From the human T2T-CHM13v2.0 reference genome, Homo sapiens: 64,000 nt of DNA. The position numbers and the translations under genes were made by a program. The stretch is from the NCBI RefSeq assembly GCF_009914755.1, contig NC_060928.1; one strand, written 5' to 3'. Below are positions 1 to 13,639 of the stretch, piece by piece; position 1 is the first letter of the stretch, and every line of letters begins with the position of its first letter. The notes under the pieces were generated by a model. It saw nothing but the letters and a program-made list of their open reading frames with translations. It was not told the origin of the DNA and searched no databases.

Positions 1-714
1 TTTCAGTTACTTAATTAAAATAACAAGTGCAGAAAATTGCAATTAATGTCTCAAATCAATGAATGTTAAATGCCCCCAAAGTAAAAATATTCATAAATTC
101 AAAACCAAGACTTATGAATAATAAATCAACGCTACACAAAGAAGTTGGGCATTTAAGTTTTCATGATCCTTAAAAATACTCTTGGTATATATATGTTATG
201 AATATCTAAAATTATTATTATTTCTTAGCCACATTACTATGGCAGGTTAGCAAGATTTAAGGTTTAATCAGACAAACACGTTTTACCATAAATGATGTGT
301 AGGTTATTAGAGCAATTTCCCATTTAGTTTATCCTTTTTGACAGGAATCAGCCTGCAGTTCAGTCCAGAATAGATATCCATTAGATTGCCATGATTTTAT
401 TTCATACTACTCATTCTACTGTCTGTCATTCAGGCATATTCTCTTCCTGAAAAATATCCAGTTTCAGAGTCATTTAATGATTTAAAGCAGCTGACCCTTT
501 ATGTAATAAGATACATTTTACTGGGCATCAGGATAAAGCACTTGGGGAGTGATGAAGAGGCAAAACAAGATACTCTGTATAAAGAGAGAGAATGGGATCT
601 GAGAATCTTCAAAATTTGTCACAAATAGATATAGAAACATAACTGATCACAGCACTTGCTTTTAAATAAACCAACATCTTTACCTCTTGCTGCACTCTAT
701 GAAAGGCGGTATGT

Positions 715-930
715 TATATCAACAAAAAGCCTGGGTTGTAAAGCCAGAACAACCAGAGTTCAAATCCTAACTCTACCAAATAATATCGCGGCCTAATGGA
801 TCCTTTGTGTTTCAGTTTTCTCATCAATAAAATGAAGAGAATAACCATACCTATCTTACAAAGTTATTATTTTAATTAAATAAGTTAGCACATAAATTTG
901 CTAGAAAAATGCCTGGTATGTAACATGTAT
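715..930 (+). mobile_element. MIR SINE remnant
   Basis: Core motifs 'gagttcaaatcctaactctacc' and 'tttcagttttctcatcaataaaatgaagagaataa...gcctggta' resemble the MIR consensus. Confidence 0.7.
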
Positions 931-1367
931 GTGCTTTAAAGTTTTCTGCAAACTGTATATATTTCTTCCAATATATTAGAAAAAACATTTTACCTTAAAA
1001 ATCATTGTAAAGTTTGATATTAGTATACTTTTTCTTGTCTATATTTTCTCTTTTTATATTCCCAATAATTATCCTGAAACTAGAGCTGCAAGAAAAAAAT
1101 AACTGATTGTACTGAAATTGTATTGAAAGATCTTGGTTGCTTTCACAAGGAAGGGAACCTAATACCACACATATTTACCACTTAGTAAATACTACAGTAT
1201 TTACCTGGTAAATTTACTTAGTGATTGAATATGTGACTGTACATAAGGTTCTCTCCAAAGACATCCATTTCCCAAAGCTTAAGTGTGTGAAATTCAAGAA
1301 ACATATATGTAGGCCTGGATCAACATATTGGTTGAAGGAAAATCTAGAGAAGAAGAAGACCCCAATT

Positions 1368-1436
1368 ATATATATAATTATATACATATATTATATATGT
1401 TTAGGTGTGTTAGTGTGTGTGTGTGTGTGTGTGTGT
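1368..1436. repeat. (TA)n/(TG)n compound microsatellite
   Basis: Imperfect TA run followed by about 12 GT units. Confidence 0.9.
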
Positions 1437-3347
1437 AATTTTTTTTCAGCAACATGAAGCAAAGTACAATATAGGACTTGGTTAATTTCAGTTAAGTGTA
1501 AAATACATAGTCTAAAGATTACAGTCAAAAATCAAGTAGTATATGCTTTAACCCCCTTTGAAAATTTTATATTCTAAGTACAAGTTAGCTTTCTTAACAG
1601 TTACTTCTCAAGTTTCAGATTAATTCTTTTTATTAGGTTTTGGATCATTCATTTTTTTCCCATTATTTCTTGAATGTGTATTTTCTGAAACGTGACTATG
1701 TGCTCTGCATTATGTCAGAGCTTGGCCTATATCTCAAGGTGGAAATTTAGATGTCCTTTTACATTTTCTCTTTATTTATGTCATCACATTAATGTATAAG
1801 CTCTTCTAGTAGTTTTAAATGACTCTGCATTGCTGCATTGTTATTTTGTATTGAGTCAAATTAATCACACTTGAACAACTTTTAAAAACTTTGCCTCAAG
1901 AGGTGTCAAACTATTAAATATTTTCTATTATAAGGACTGAGAATTGTTCACTGAAGAGAATAAAGTACCACTTTTGCATATATTACACAAACATTTTATG
2001 CTTCATGAAACCACAATAAATTTTCTTGCTGATTACTCATGTAATCTAAGAATCTCCTGCTGTTTTATAGAGTCTTATTAATTTCATTCAAGTAGTAAAA
2101 TTAGCACCTGTAGAGAACTCCTTATGATTTCCTAACTTTTATCATATTAGTAATAACCTACTTCATTTATCATGGAACAGCTGCTTTTGTCTCCTTATCT
2201 ATTTAGCTTTGGTGTTCTTTGAATCTAAAATGTTTTTGAAAAATAAAACAGTATTGGATACAGAAAAATACAGCAAGAAACCTTAGCCTTCAACTCAATC
2301 AGATTTAAGTAAATCGAGCTCTGATATTAGCTATGTATTTTAGCCATAAAAGAAGGAATTTTACCTTCACTTTAATGGATAGAAGACTCGGATGCAACTT
2401 AATGAAATTATAGAATGATTTACCAAAGTGTATGCTATTGGCCTGAACAAATTAACGAAGGCTCTTTTAGCTACCATGTGAAAGAAACCAAGGCAATAAA
2501 ACACATTATTTAGTGTCTCCTTTAGAAGCATTGCACTTTCAATAAATTTATATTTGTTCAGCTGTGTACATTTTGAAATGAGTCAAAATATTCTTTGAGG
2601 CATCTTTTTTTCCTCCTTATTTTGTGCTGCCTTCTAACCAAGGATCAGCAGCAGAGGCAGCAGGACGAATTCAGTGCTGTAACCATGGGTCTATGGGGGG
2701 CATTGAAGGAAGGTTCTGGCATCATTGAATTTGAGTAAAGATGGTTTCCAGGGTAGAGAAAAAAACATACTCCTAGTAAATTTCTAATGCAAGACCTTAT
2801 GCTGGGAAATTTCTGTAAAATTTTTCATTCATCTTTATCCTGAGTATCATGCAGTTTAAGGAAACATTCCTTTGTTTAGTGTGTCTTTTTCAAAGGCTGG
2901 ATTTAAACCCAAGTTAGCCTAAAGCTTAAGCTCATATTCTTTCTCATACAACAGCATATTGTTTCTAGAGAAGGAAATTTGCCTCAGAGAAACCTAATAG
3001 GAAATTTTGTTTTATATAGTCTCCCAAATAAACATTTGGCTTCTTTTCTTTCTTTCATCTTCGCTTCCACCCTTCTATCCCTTCTTGTTATTTTTATTTT
3101 TTAAATTTTTATTTGATTTCAGTCAAACTGCCTCATTTCTTTATCCTGGAATGGTAAATGGTATGTAGACAGAATATGTCCAAAAGTTTTGTCAAAAAGA
3201 AAAAAAATTATTCTGACCCTTGTTAAAATGTTGAGGAAGACTTTATTCAAGACTATTGTGATAGATGTCAACTATACTATAATAGGGGAGAGAGACCGAG
3301 ATCAACTCCAAATATAACAAGGACGAGTGGTGATGTACAACCAAGGA

Positions 3348-3350
<3 letters not shown>

Positions 3351-3434
<84 letters not shown>
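3351..3434. repeat. (GT)21(GA)15+ compound microsatellite
   Basis: Directly visible. Confidence 0.97.
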
Positions 3435-3435
<1 letters not shown>

Positions 3436-3483
3436 GTGAGGTTGGAGGGGTTGGTGAATGGAAAACTATTAAGAAGAGACTTC

Positions 3484-3779
3484 TGCCTGGCATGGTGGCT
3501 CGTGCCTGTGATCCCAGCACTTTGAGAGGCTGAGGCGGGCAGATTACCTGAGGCCAGGAGTTTGAGACCAGCCTGGCCAACATAGGCGAAACCCCGTCTC
3601 TACTAAAAATACAAAAAATTAGCAGGGCATGATGGCGCATGCCTGTAATCCCAGCTACTCAGAGGCTGAGGAAGGAGAATTGCTTGAACTGGAGAGGTGG
3701 AGGTTGCAGTGAACTGAGATCATGCCACTGCACTCTAGCCAGGGTGACAGAGCGAGACTTCACTAACAACAACAACAAA
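3484..3779 (+). mobile_element. AluS (Sx/Sz-like) with (AAC)n tail
   Basis: Full dimer with A/B boxes and middle A tract; approximate TSD agagacttc/gaagacttc encloses this Alu and the next. Confidence 0.92.
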
Positions 3780-4218
<439 letters not shown>

Positions 4219-4401
4219 TTAATCAGATTTGAAGAGTGATCGGGTGTCAAGGGTGAGGAACTCTGTCTAAACTGACTTAACAGGATTCTTGCTCCAATTT
4301 GCTAAGCAGGTATAGCAACGACAGGAGCCAAATTCAAGACGTAGTTGAAAAGAGGGCTCAGAGGAGCCTGACTAAAGTTTGGTCAAGGAGATAGTCTGTC
4401 A

Positions 4402-7400
4402 GTTGCTCCTCTTGTTCAAGAAAAGAAGAGACATTGATTTGTTTATTTAATTGCCTTTTGTTCATTAAAGACCAGCTGAGCTATCGAATGAGCCTAGGTA
4501 GAAGGGCAGCCATTTGGGAAGAATTCTAGATGTTGGTCTTGAAGAATCCTGAGTCGCCCACACAACAGTAGCTCCAGACAAAAGGTTGCCTATTACTCAG
4601 CTTCAGCTTGCCGGGCTTCTTTAGATCCGGTGGGGAAAGTCAGCTATAGATAACTAGCATTCCAATAAGTATCTGGGCATTCAGGTTTTAGTTCTTGGCC
4701 ACACCAAGACAGGAAAGTAGGGGAAAATTGGAAATGTTCATTTGGAGAGTTTTAGTGAGATATTGGAGAAAGCTAGAAGAGTTTCAAATTTTGTAAGAAA
4801 TGATAAAACATGTAAGATATCAGGATCCAGTCCAATTTACAGGTAGATTACAAAACCTCGGAAACAACAAATAGCACTGGAATCTAATAACCAAGATTAT
4901 GCTATAGTTTTCCATTGAAAATAAATTTTCTCCCTCCAGTCACCCCCCTTATTGATAATATATTTTAAAATGTAAGTATGATCTTATTAGAGTTGGCCTG
5001 ATTATTTACATAAGTGATGCAAAAATGGTAATTGACCACATAAGCCATTGTAAATTTGCTTTGCTTGAATCTTTCATAACGAATCTTAGCTTGTGCTTGT
5101 AAAAGCCTCTTGAGACTAGAAAACCAAGCCAAGATCTTGCCATCAGACTTCACCTGTAATGCTTATAGATTTAAGTGAATTCTTCTCTTCTTGAGTGCCT
5201 CAAAATAGCCTAATTTTCCCGGGCTTGATGGGAAGTAACCATTCTTATTCACATGTAAGGCTAGTAGGTTTGTATGCCAAGTAACAGGCCAGTTTTTCCA
5301 AGAGGGCTTTGTAAGCATTGTCTCCGTGAAGTTCACCTTAGTTTCACAAAACAGTCTGATTATATCTGATTCTATGCACATCAGTCTCAAATATGACATT
5401 CCAATCTAAGCCTTGGTTATATAACTAATGTTTCCAAATATGTACTGTTACTAGCTAGGAAGATTCTTACTAAATTTAGGCAAATAATTATGTTGCCATA
5501 AAATAGGAATACTTAATAAGAGTTTCTAAATTTGGGGAGGATCAAATGGGGAGAAAAGATAAATCATTTATGTTCACAAAAGTATAATAAATCTCTATAA
5601 ATTATAGATAACTTAAAAGTAGAAAGAAGTTCCTTAAACATAGAACACAGAACATTAAAGGACCAGCAATACTCCAAACAGAAGTCATAAAAAATAATCA
5701 CTTTTCATAAGTTTATTCACTTCTATGTAATAAATAAATTATTGTGCTGCTTGATTTGGGGTTAGCAGCTTTATGAACCTGTCATCTTCTCCACTATAGT
5801 GGAGTATAGTTTCAAAGTTACTTAAGCAATTCCATCAAAATTCTGTGCCCCAGATACTTGTCATAGTACTTTTCATGGATCTCTGAGACAGTTCCTTATA
5901 CTGAAGATGAAGCACTCTGGCCTACAGTTAATTGAAAGTGCTTCCAGAGAAAAATTAGAGTAAAACAAAAATTATCTGTGAATGGCAAAAACTTAAAATG
6001 GCTGTGGTTAAAGATATGATGAAAGTCATTTGCCAAGAAAATGTAATGTATGTGGTATACAACATTTTATAACTAGAATTGTGACTGATAGCATTAAACC
6101 AGGAGATGGTAACACTAAACCATGGACAGCAAGAATATTGTCAAATTTCAAAGTAGTTTAGAAAAATTTACACAATACTTATATGAGCAATATTTAACCA
6201 TATGCATATAAATTATGAAAGATTAAAGCATCTCTTATTTGACACTTTCATGCAATTGAACATAACAAACAAACCTAATTATTTTTTAACATTTCTCTTT
6301 TAAAAAAAGTAAAAAAAAAATCATTGAAAATTTCCATGTGTGCTATAGAAAGTCTCAAGGTGAGTTCAATATCAATATTTCATTTATGCTTTGATTTTAG
6401 GAAGACAAAACTGTCAAAATTGTCAAAAGGTTTGAATATTTGACTAAAGAGGATCCTGAGTTACTGTGAAACAATACTTTGTAACTTTGTGCTTATTTAG
6501 CCAAAGTGGCAATAAAAAGATTCAAAAGTAGCTATATGAAGTATCATAAATATAAAAAAAGCTCTTTTGAAAAGTAAAAAGATTCATTTTGCTGGAATAA
6601 CCAAATTCATAAAGGTTAAGATTAAACATAGGAAATTATTCTGATAAGACACATAATCTTTGTTTGTTTTTATGCAGGTTACTTAAAAGGTAAAGGAAGC
6701 CTTTTACAAGCTCTTAAGAGCAAACCAATAATGCAAGAAAAATTTGTAATTGCAACCAAGAGAAAACCAAACTCCAGTTTTATGTGTGTGTATTTTTATA
6801 TTAAAGTTGACTTAATAAATATAAATATATTCATTCAATGCAGGCCATCTTTGGACACACAAGATAAGATACCTTTTCAAAGATACCTTTTTCACAAACC
6901 TTTAAAAACTTTTATTTATTTTTCCTTTATTTTCCTCTTTCTTTTCTGGAGAAATCAGTCATTTTACTTTAGGACAAAATTACTCAGTTTTTCTTAACAA
7001 AACCAAATCCTTATACTTTACATGCAAAATGGTTTACCTTATATCCTTATTACTTTTAGTAGTTTCATTTACATATATTAATGACAATTTTTAATCATTA
7101 GTAAACTTTCTTCTATAGAGAAAACTAAGAAGGAGGCAATTGTGAATTGTCTGTTATATATTAGAATTCTACAGCAGGCTAGCTAGGAAATTTAATGAAT
7201 ATAACATCTAACAATTTTGATAGTTACATATGTTTTCATAGTGCCACTTTTCACTATGGCAAAAAGAACCTATTAATTAATATAATCAAATATATTCAGC
7301 CTCTCTGTACTACTTAAAAATACGAACTCAAAAGTATACAAAGTAAAACATATTCTTTGTAATCAGTAGTTCATCTTACTTAGAAATGATTTAAATATTT

Positions 7401-9105
7401 AATGAATATCTGTTATTTAATTTAAGTTAGGATAACTATAAAGTTGTAAGTTACCAAAAATATTTTGGAGACTATTTTCTGACTGATGCATTATAACATT
7501 TAACAAAACTAGCCATCATCCCAAGTTATTTCCTGTTAACTATTTTTACAGCACTTTCATGTTAAGCAAGTGTTACAAAAGCAAAACAAACCTAAAAAAG
7601 TTGAATTCATGGGTTTTCTGTCGTATCACTGAACTTCATTTGTGTAAAGTAATTCATTTTAACTGCATCTTAATTTGTACGTTTGTTCTTAAGTTGACTT
7701 TATAATTTTTATAATCTTAAACATCTCATAGATATTTACCCAATTCACATGAACTTAGAAAGCATTTGGGTTAGTTTCCATATTTCTGGAAATTTTCCCA
7801 ATATTTAATTTATATAAAGACATACTTATCACTAAAGCAATTTGAATAGTGCTTCTGTATAGGATTTTACAAGTTAATTTGGTAATACTATACGGAAGTA
7901 GAAAAATTCACCTGTATATACATAAATATACAAATAGATGAAAACAAGGACCTTATAGCTTCCATTCTAAAATCTTAGCCATGAATCAGGTAAACAAAAT
8001 AATACAAACTTACTGGTTTATATAAAACAGTTGTCTCTTATCTTTGCTACATTTTATATTTTTATATGAAAAGTGTTTCTGACATGGAACAAGTTTAGGT
8101 TACTTGTTCAATATGAGGACTAATGCTTTTTGCCAATATTTGTGGAGGAGCCTTTTAAGGTTTTCTTTTACCCTGATTTGTAGCTGTTTTTAGAGCCCCT
8201 GAGTCCTTTGAGAGTTCCCAATGGGAGATCAGATGTCCTAAACTTTCAGTAACTATATGGAGTTGAAAGGTGGGATTGAAAGGGAAAAGTCTGGCAGGGG
8301 TGAACAGAGGGATTGAAGACATAGGAGTTTGAAGATCGACTTATCGAAAGATTCAAGGAAACCGAAGGGAAAATTGAAGGTGGTAAATGAGGAAGGAGGA
8401 GTGAAAGCTATGAGAAGAGAGAAGTTTTAGAAGAGCCTGGGAGCCACTGAAGTTTGAAGTTGCTATAGCCTGAATGTGTTTGTTCCACCCAAATTTGTAC
8501 ACGGATATTCTAATCACCAAGGTGACGACATTAAGAGACAGAACTTGGGGAGGTCAATAGATCATGAGTGTGATGCCCCTGAATGGGACAGGTGCTTATA
8601 AAAGAGGCATGAGATAGCTTTTTTGCCACTTCTTTCATATGAGAATACAGTTCAAAAGTACTATCTGTGAGGAATGGTCCCTCACCAGGCATTGAATCTT
8701 CCAGTAACTTGATTTTGGACTTTCCAATCTCCAGAACTGTGAGAAATACATTTCCTTGGTTTACAATATAATCAATGTTTAGTATTTTGTTAAAGCAGAC
8801 TGAACAGGCTAGGATATATTACCCTTAATATAATCATTCCAACAAGAGAAGAAGCCAGCAGAATTGGTAGAGCGTATAGGCAGTGGGGGTTCAGCAACCA
8901 TGTGAATCAAAGTAAGTATACCCTTACTATACTTCAATGGATTATCATTTGGAGCACTGGCTCAGGAGTCAGATCACCAATAAATCCCTTATCAGTCAGT
9001 CAGGAGTGAAGACAAAGATTTCACCAATGAACATTTGGGATCCAGGCCAAGAGATCCAGAGGTCCAATGATTAATATGATCCTATTCAAATCATGACTTC
9101 ATAAC
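4402..9105 (-). mobile_element. MER31/MER4-group ERV1 internal region (non-coding, decayed)
   Basis: Lies between two co-oriented MER31 LTRs, PPT at the left LTR, AT-rich MER4-group-like interior, no long ORF. Confidence 0.7.
8461..8816 (+). mobile_element. MLT1A/MLT1A0 MaLR solo LTR nested in the ERV1 interior
   Basis: tgctatagcctgaatgt...ccagaactgtgagaaata...tattttgttaaagcag..ctaggata, ~355 bp. Confidence 0.85.
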
Positions 9106-9164
9106 TGTTAAAGAAAATTTATTCTGATACTTATTAAAGGAAAAAGGAAGACTTCATTATTATT

Positions 9165-9525
9165 GCTTAACTTTAAAAAACATTCATCATTATATTTCAT
9201 ATTTTGAAAGTTAAACATGCTCACTGCAAAAATATATGTACATGTAAAACATATAAAAGTAGAAATCACCCATTATTCAATTACCATTACATGGTCACCA
9301 CTGACATTTTGACCTATTTATGTCCTTTTTATTAACAACATAATATCATAGACATTTTTCATATGTTAAGAACTTAAAGATGACTTATAATAGTCCATCT
9401 TGTGGATAATACATGATTCCCACAAACATATCTTTAATGTTAAACATTTATGTTCTCTCTGGTGAAACACAACAAAATTTGCCAATGTATATGAACTGCT
9501 TTAAAGTTATTAGTATGTTCACCTA
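9165..9525 (-). mobile_element. Ancient L1ME-like 3' fragment (probably 3'-transduced flank)
   Basis: 'acatgctcactgcaaaaa..aaatcacccattatt..ccactgacattttg..atatcatagacattttt' resembles the L1ME3/4 3' end. Confidence 0.55.
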
Positions 9526-9529
9526 TTTA

Positions 9530-11666
9530 TTTCTTTTAAAAGATCACTTCAGCTTATATTTTAGATTCGGGGGAGTATATGTGCAAGTCTGTCAAATGGG
9601 AGCACTGCATGATGGTTAGGTTTGGGGTATGGATGATCCCATCATCCAGGCAATGAGCACAGAACCCAGTAGGCAGCCCCTCACCCTTTCCTCCCTCCCC
9701 CTTCCAGCAGTCCCCAGTGTCTATTGCTCCCATGTTTATGTCTATGTGTACTCAGTGTTTAGCTTCCACTTAAAAGTGAGAACATGCTGTATTTGCTTTT
9801 CTGTTCCTGTGTTAAGTCACTTAGGCTAACAGTCTCCAGCTGCATTGATGTAACTGTAAAGGACATAATGTCATTATTTCTTATGGCTGCATAGTATTCC
9901 ATGGTGTATATGTACCACATTTTCTGTATCCAGTTAGCCATTGATGAGCACCTAGGTTGACTCCATGTCTTTGTTATTGTGAATAGTACTGCAATTAATG
10001 TGTGAGTGTGTGTGTCTTTTTGGTAGAATGAGTGGTTTTCTTTTGGACATATAACCAGTAATGGGATTCCTTGATCAAATTGTAGTTCTGTGTTAAGTTC
10101 TTTGAGAAATCTCCAAATTACTTTCCACAGTGGCTAAACTAATTTACATTTCCACCAACATTATATAAGCATCCTCTTTCTCCACAGCTTTGCTGGCATA
10201 TTATTTTTTGATCATTTATTAATATCCCTTCTGACTGGTAAGAGTTGGTATCTTGTTGTGATTTTGATTTGCATTTCTTGGATGACTGCTGATGATGATG
10301 AGTATTTTTTTATATCTGGGTTGGCTACCTTTACATCCTCTTTTGATAAGTGTCTGTTCATGTTTTTTGCCCATTTTTAAAATGGGGTTGTTTATTTTAC
10401 ACTTCTTGATTTAAGTTCCTTATAGATTCTGTACATTAGACCTCTGTCAGATGCATAGTTTATGAATATTTTCTCCCATTCTGTAGGTTGTTGATATACT
10501 CCATTGATAGTTTTTGTAGCTGTGCAAAAGCTTTTTAGTTCAATTAGGTCCCACTTGTCAGTTTTTGTTTTTGTTGCAATTGCTTTTGAAGACTTAGCCA
10601 CAAATTCCTTTCCAAGGCTGATGATGAGAAGGGTATTTCCTAGGTTTTCTTCTAGGATTTTTATATTTTGAAGTCTTACACTTAAACATTTAATCCATCT
10701 TGAGTTACTTTTTGTTTATGGTGAAAGGCAGGTGCCTAGTTTCATTCTCTGCATATGGCTAGCCATTTGTCCCAGCACCACTTATTGAACAGGGAGTCAT
10801 TTCCCCATTTCTTATTTGTGTTGACTTTGGAGATAGTTATAGGTGTGCAGTCTTATTTATGGGCTTTCTATTTGGTTCCATTGGTCTACATGCCTGTTTT
10901 TGTACTAGTACCACGCTGTTTTTGTTACTGTAGCCTTATAGTATAGTTTGAAATAGAAGAATGTGATGCCTCTGGCTTGTTCTTTTTGCTTAAGACGGCT
11001 TTGGCTATTTGGGCTTTTTTTGGTTACATATGAATTTTAGAATAGTTTTTTCTATTTCTGTGATAAATGACATTAGCAGTTTCATAGGAATAGCATTCAA
11101 TCTCTAGATTGCTGTAGGAGAAATGGTCATTTTAATGATCCACAAGCATGGAATGTTTTTCCATCTCTACAAATTCTTGTAGAGAGTTTTCACCTCCTTG
11201 GTTAGATGTATTTCTAGGTATTTTTTGTAGCTATTTTAAATGTGATTGCATTCATGATTTGCCTGTAAGCTTGAAAGCTACTGGTGTATAGAAATGCTGC
11301 TGATTTTTGTAACTTGATTTTGTATTCTGAAACTACTAAATAGTTTATTAGTTGTAAAAGACTTCTGTCAGAGTCTTTAGAGTTTTCTAAGGTATAGAAT
11401 CATATCCTTAGTGAAGTGAGATAATCTGACTTCCTCTTTTCCCATGTAATGTCTTTTATTTCTTTCTCTTTTCTGATTACTCTGGCTAAGACTTGCAGTT
11501 TTATGTTGAATAGGAGTCTTGAGAGTTGGCATTCTCATCTTCTTCCAGTTCTTAAGGGAAATCCTTCCAGCTTTTTTTTCTCTTTGGTATGATGTTTGCT
11601 GTGGGTTTGTCATAGATGGCTTTTATTATTTTGAGGTATGTTACTTCAGGGCATAGTTTGTTGAGG
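9530..11666 (-). mobile_element. 5'-truncated L1PA15/16-like LINE-1 (ORF2 3' part and 3'UTR)
   Basis: ORF2 C-terminal remnants ([31 protein letters not shown]) and an L1PA15/16-type 3'UTR. Confidence 0.9.
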
Positions 11667-12174
11667 AGGAAGACTATTTAGCACTATTGTGATAGGCATC
11701 AAATCTATTGCAATTGGGTAGTGAAATCACCCTCAACTCTGAGTATAGCAAGGACAGTGGAAATATATAGTCAACCAGCAGAATTAAAGGGATCAAGAGA
11801 AAAATTACTCAGAGGAAACATCAGGGTGGGGGAATTATTTCTAAGAATACTTAACAGAATTCTTGCTGAAGATAGGCTGGGGGATAAGCTATCAAAGTTA
11901 AGTGATGATGAATTTGCTTATATGTAAAGAGTGATTAGATATCAAGTGTGGGGAATTTTTGTTAAACTGACTTAGCAGAATTTTTGCTACAACTGGGCCA
12001 TGCATGCTTAGCAAGGATGGGGGCTAAGGTTAAGGCCAAGTCAGGAGAAGGGCTCAGAGAAACCTGACTAAAGTTTATTCAAAGAAAGAAGTTTTTGTTG
12101 TTGTTGTTATTGTTGTTGTTTTTCCAGCTTTAAAACTGTGACAAATGCCATAAAGCATGAACTCAAGTCAGTAT

Positions 12175-12380
12175 AGCTGGGAATATATCTTAGCTTTACT
12201 TCTTATTTATCTTCCTGAACTTGGGCACGATATACAACTCTTCACACACCCTTCATCTGAAAGATTGCGATAAAAAGAGTTTCTACTTAATAAAACTTTT
12301 GCTAGGATAAATGAGTTAATATATTCAAAGTTTTCAGTATAGAGTCCAACACTTAATAAATGCTATACAATAAATAATAT
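12175..12380 (+). mobile_element. MIR remnant
   Basis: 'aggataaatgagttaatatattcaaag...taataaatgcta' is the MIR 3' end. Confidence 0.6.
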
Positions 12381-13065
12381 TGCTTAAAACAATTTCTTAT
12401 TACTTTTTCTACTCCAGAGTAAATAGGCCTTTATCACACCTCTTAGCCTTGTTCAGTTTTTAATAGTACTACAGACATCCTGGGTCAACCTCTTTGCCTA
12501 ATAATCTCAGGAACTTGACCTCCATACTTATGCTCCTCCATTTCAATTTGTTCCCTCACCAGATATAATATGCATTGTACTTATTCCATTTACATTATTG
12601 TTCTGGCACTGCAGTTCATTCTCATTTGGAAATCTTCTATGTCACACACCATATATATCCTTTTAAATGCTCTTCCTTCTTTTTCTCTATTTTCTAATCC
12701 TTTTACTTGTGCTAAAAACTTCTCTTCTGCTTTCATTTGCCTATAAGACATTAAAGTGTACATATTCAGGAGACAATTGATTACATATTTTTGAAATTTT
12801 GAAACCAAATCTTCAACGAAGATACAGTTTTGTGAGATGGAAGTATATAATTGGTAACTGAAGCTATAGTGGAGAAATACGAATGCTAGAGTGAATGAAA
12901 CTAATCAAAAATATAAAGCCTAAGAAATTGGAGTGATACAAGAAATTCATGGCAGTTTTTTTCAGATAGGTGCTTTTTTCATATGTGTCTTTATTTTCAA
13001 TTTTTTTTTTAATCTTTTTACACACATTTTAGGTGTACAACAATTTGGTATACACACCTATATAG

Positions 13066-13616
13066 TGTGATGGTTAATATTGAGTGTCAACTTGATTGGA
13101 TTGAAGGATGCAAAGTATTATTCCTGGATGTGTCTGTGAGGGTGCTGGCAAAGCAGATTAACATTTGAGTCAGTGGACTAGGAGTGGCAGATCCACCCTC
13201 AATCTGAGAGGGTACCATCTAATAAGCTGCCAGTGTAGCTAGGATAAAAGCAAGCAGAGGAATGTGGAAGGACTAGATTGGCTAAGTCTTCTTGGCCTCT
13301 ATCTTTCTCCCATGTTGGATGCTTCCTGCCCTTGAACATCAGACTCTAAGTTCTTCAGCTTTCAGACTCTTGGCCCTACACCAGTGGTTTGCCAGAGGCT
13401 CTCGGGCCATTGACCACAGACTGAAAACTGCACTGTTGGCTTCCCTACCTTTGAGGTTTGGGGACTCAGGCTGGCTTCACTGCTTCTCAGCTTGCAGACC
13501 ACCTATTGCGGGACATGATCTTGTGATTGTGTGAGTCAATACTCTGTAGTAAACTCCCTTTTATACATACATTTATCCTATCAGTTCTGTACCTCTAGAG
13601 AACACTGAATAACATA
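13066..13616 (+). mobile_element. MLT2A2 (HERVL) LTR, full length
   Basis: TGTGATGGTTAATATTGAGTGTCAACTTGATTGGATTGAAGGATGCAAAG...CTCTAGAGAACACTGAATAACATA, ~550 bp. Confidence 0.92.
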
Positions 13617-13621
13617 GATTT

Positions 13622-13639
13622 TGGTACCAGGAGTGGAGT
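13622..13639 (+). promoter_or_regulatory. Primer binding site for tRNA-Leu
   Basis: TGGTACCAGGAGTGGAGT, 17/18 complementary to the recalled tRNA-Leu(TAA) 3' end, 5 nt after the LTR. Confidence 0.8.

Larger units (their letters stand above)
9106..12100 (-). mobile_element. MER31-type 5' LTR, split into 9106-9153 and 11667-12100 by an L1-mediated insertion
   Basis: Both pieces align colinearly to the left LTR (attctgacccttgttaaa..gaggaagactttattcaagactattgtgatag; gggctcagag..cctgactaaagttt). Confidence 0.8.

Noticed and set aside
9080-9105. PBS of the MER31 provirus
   Set aside because: Too decayed to assign a tRNA.
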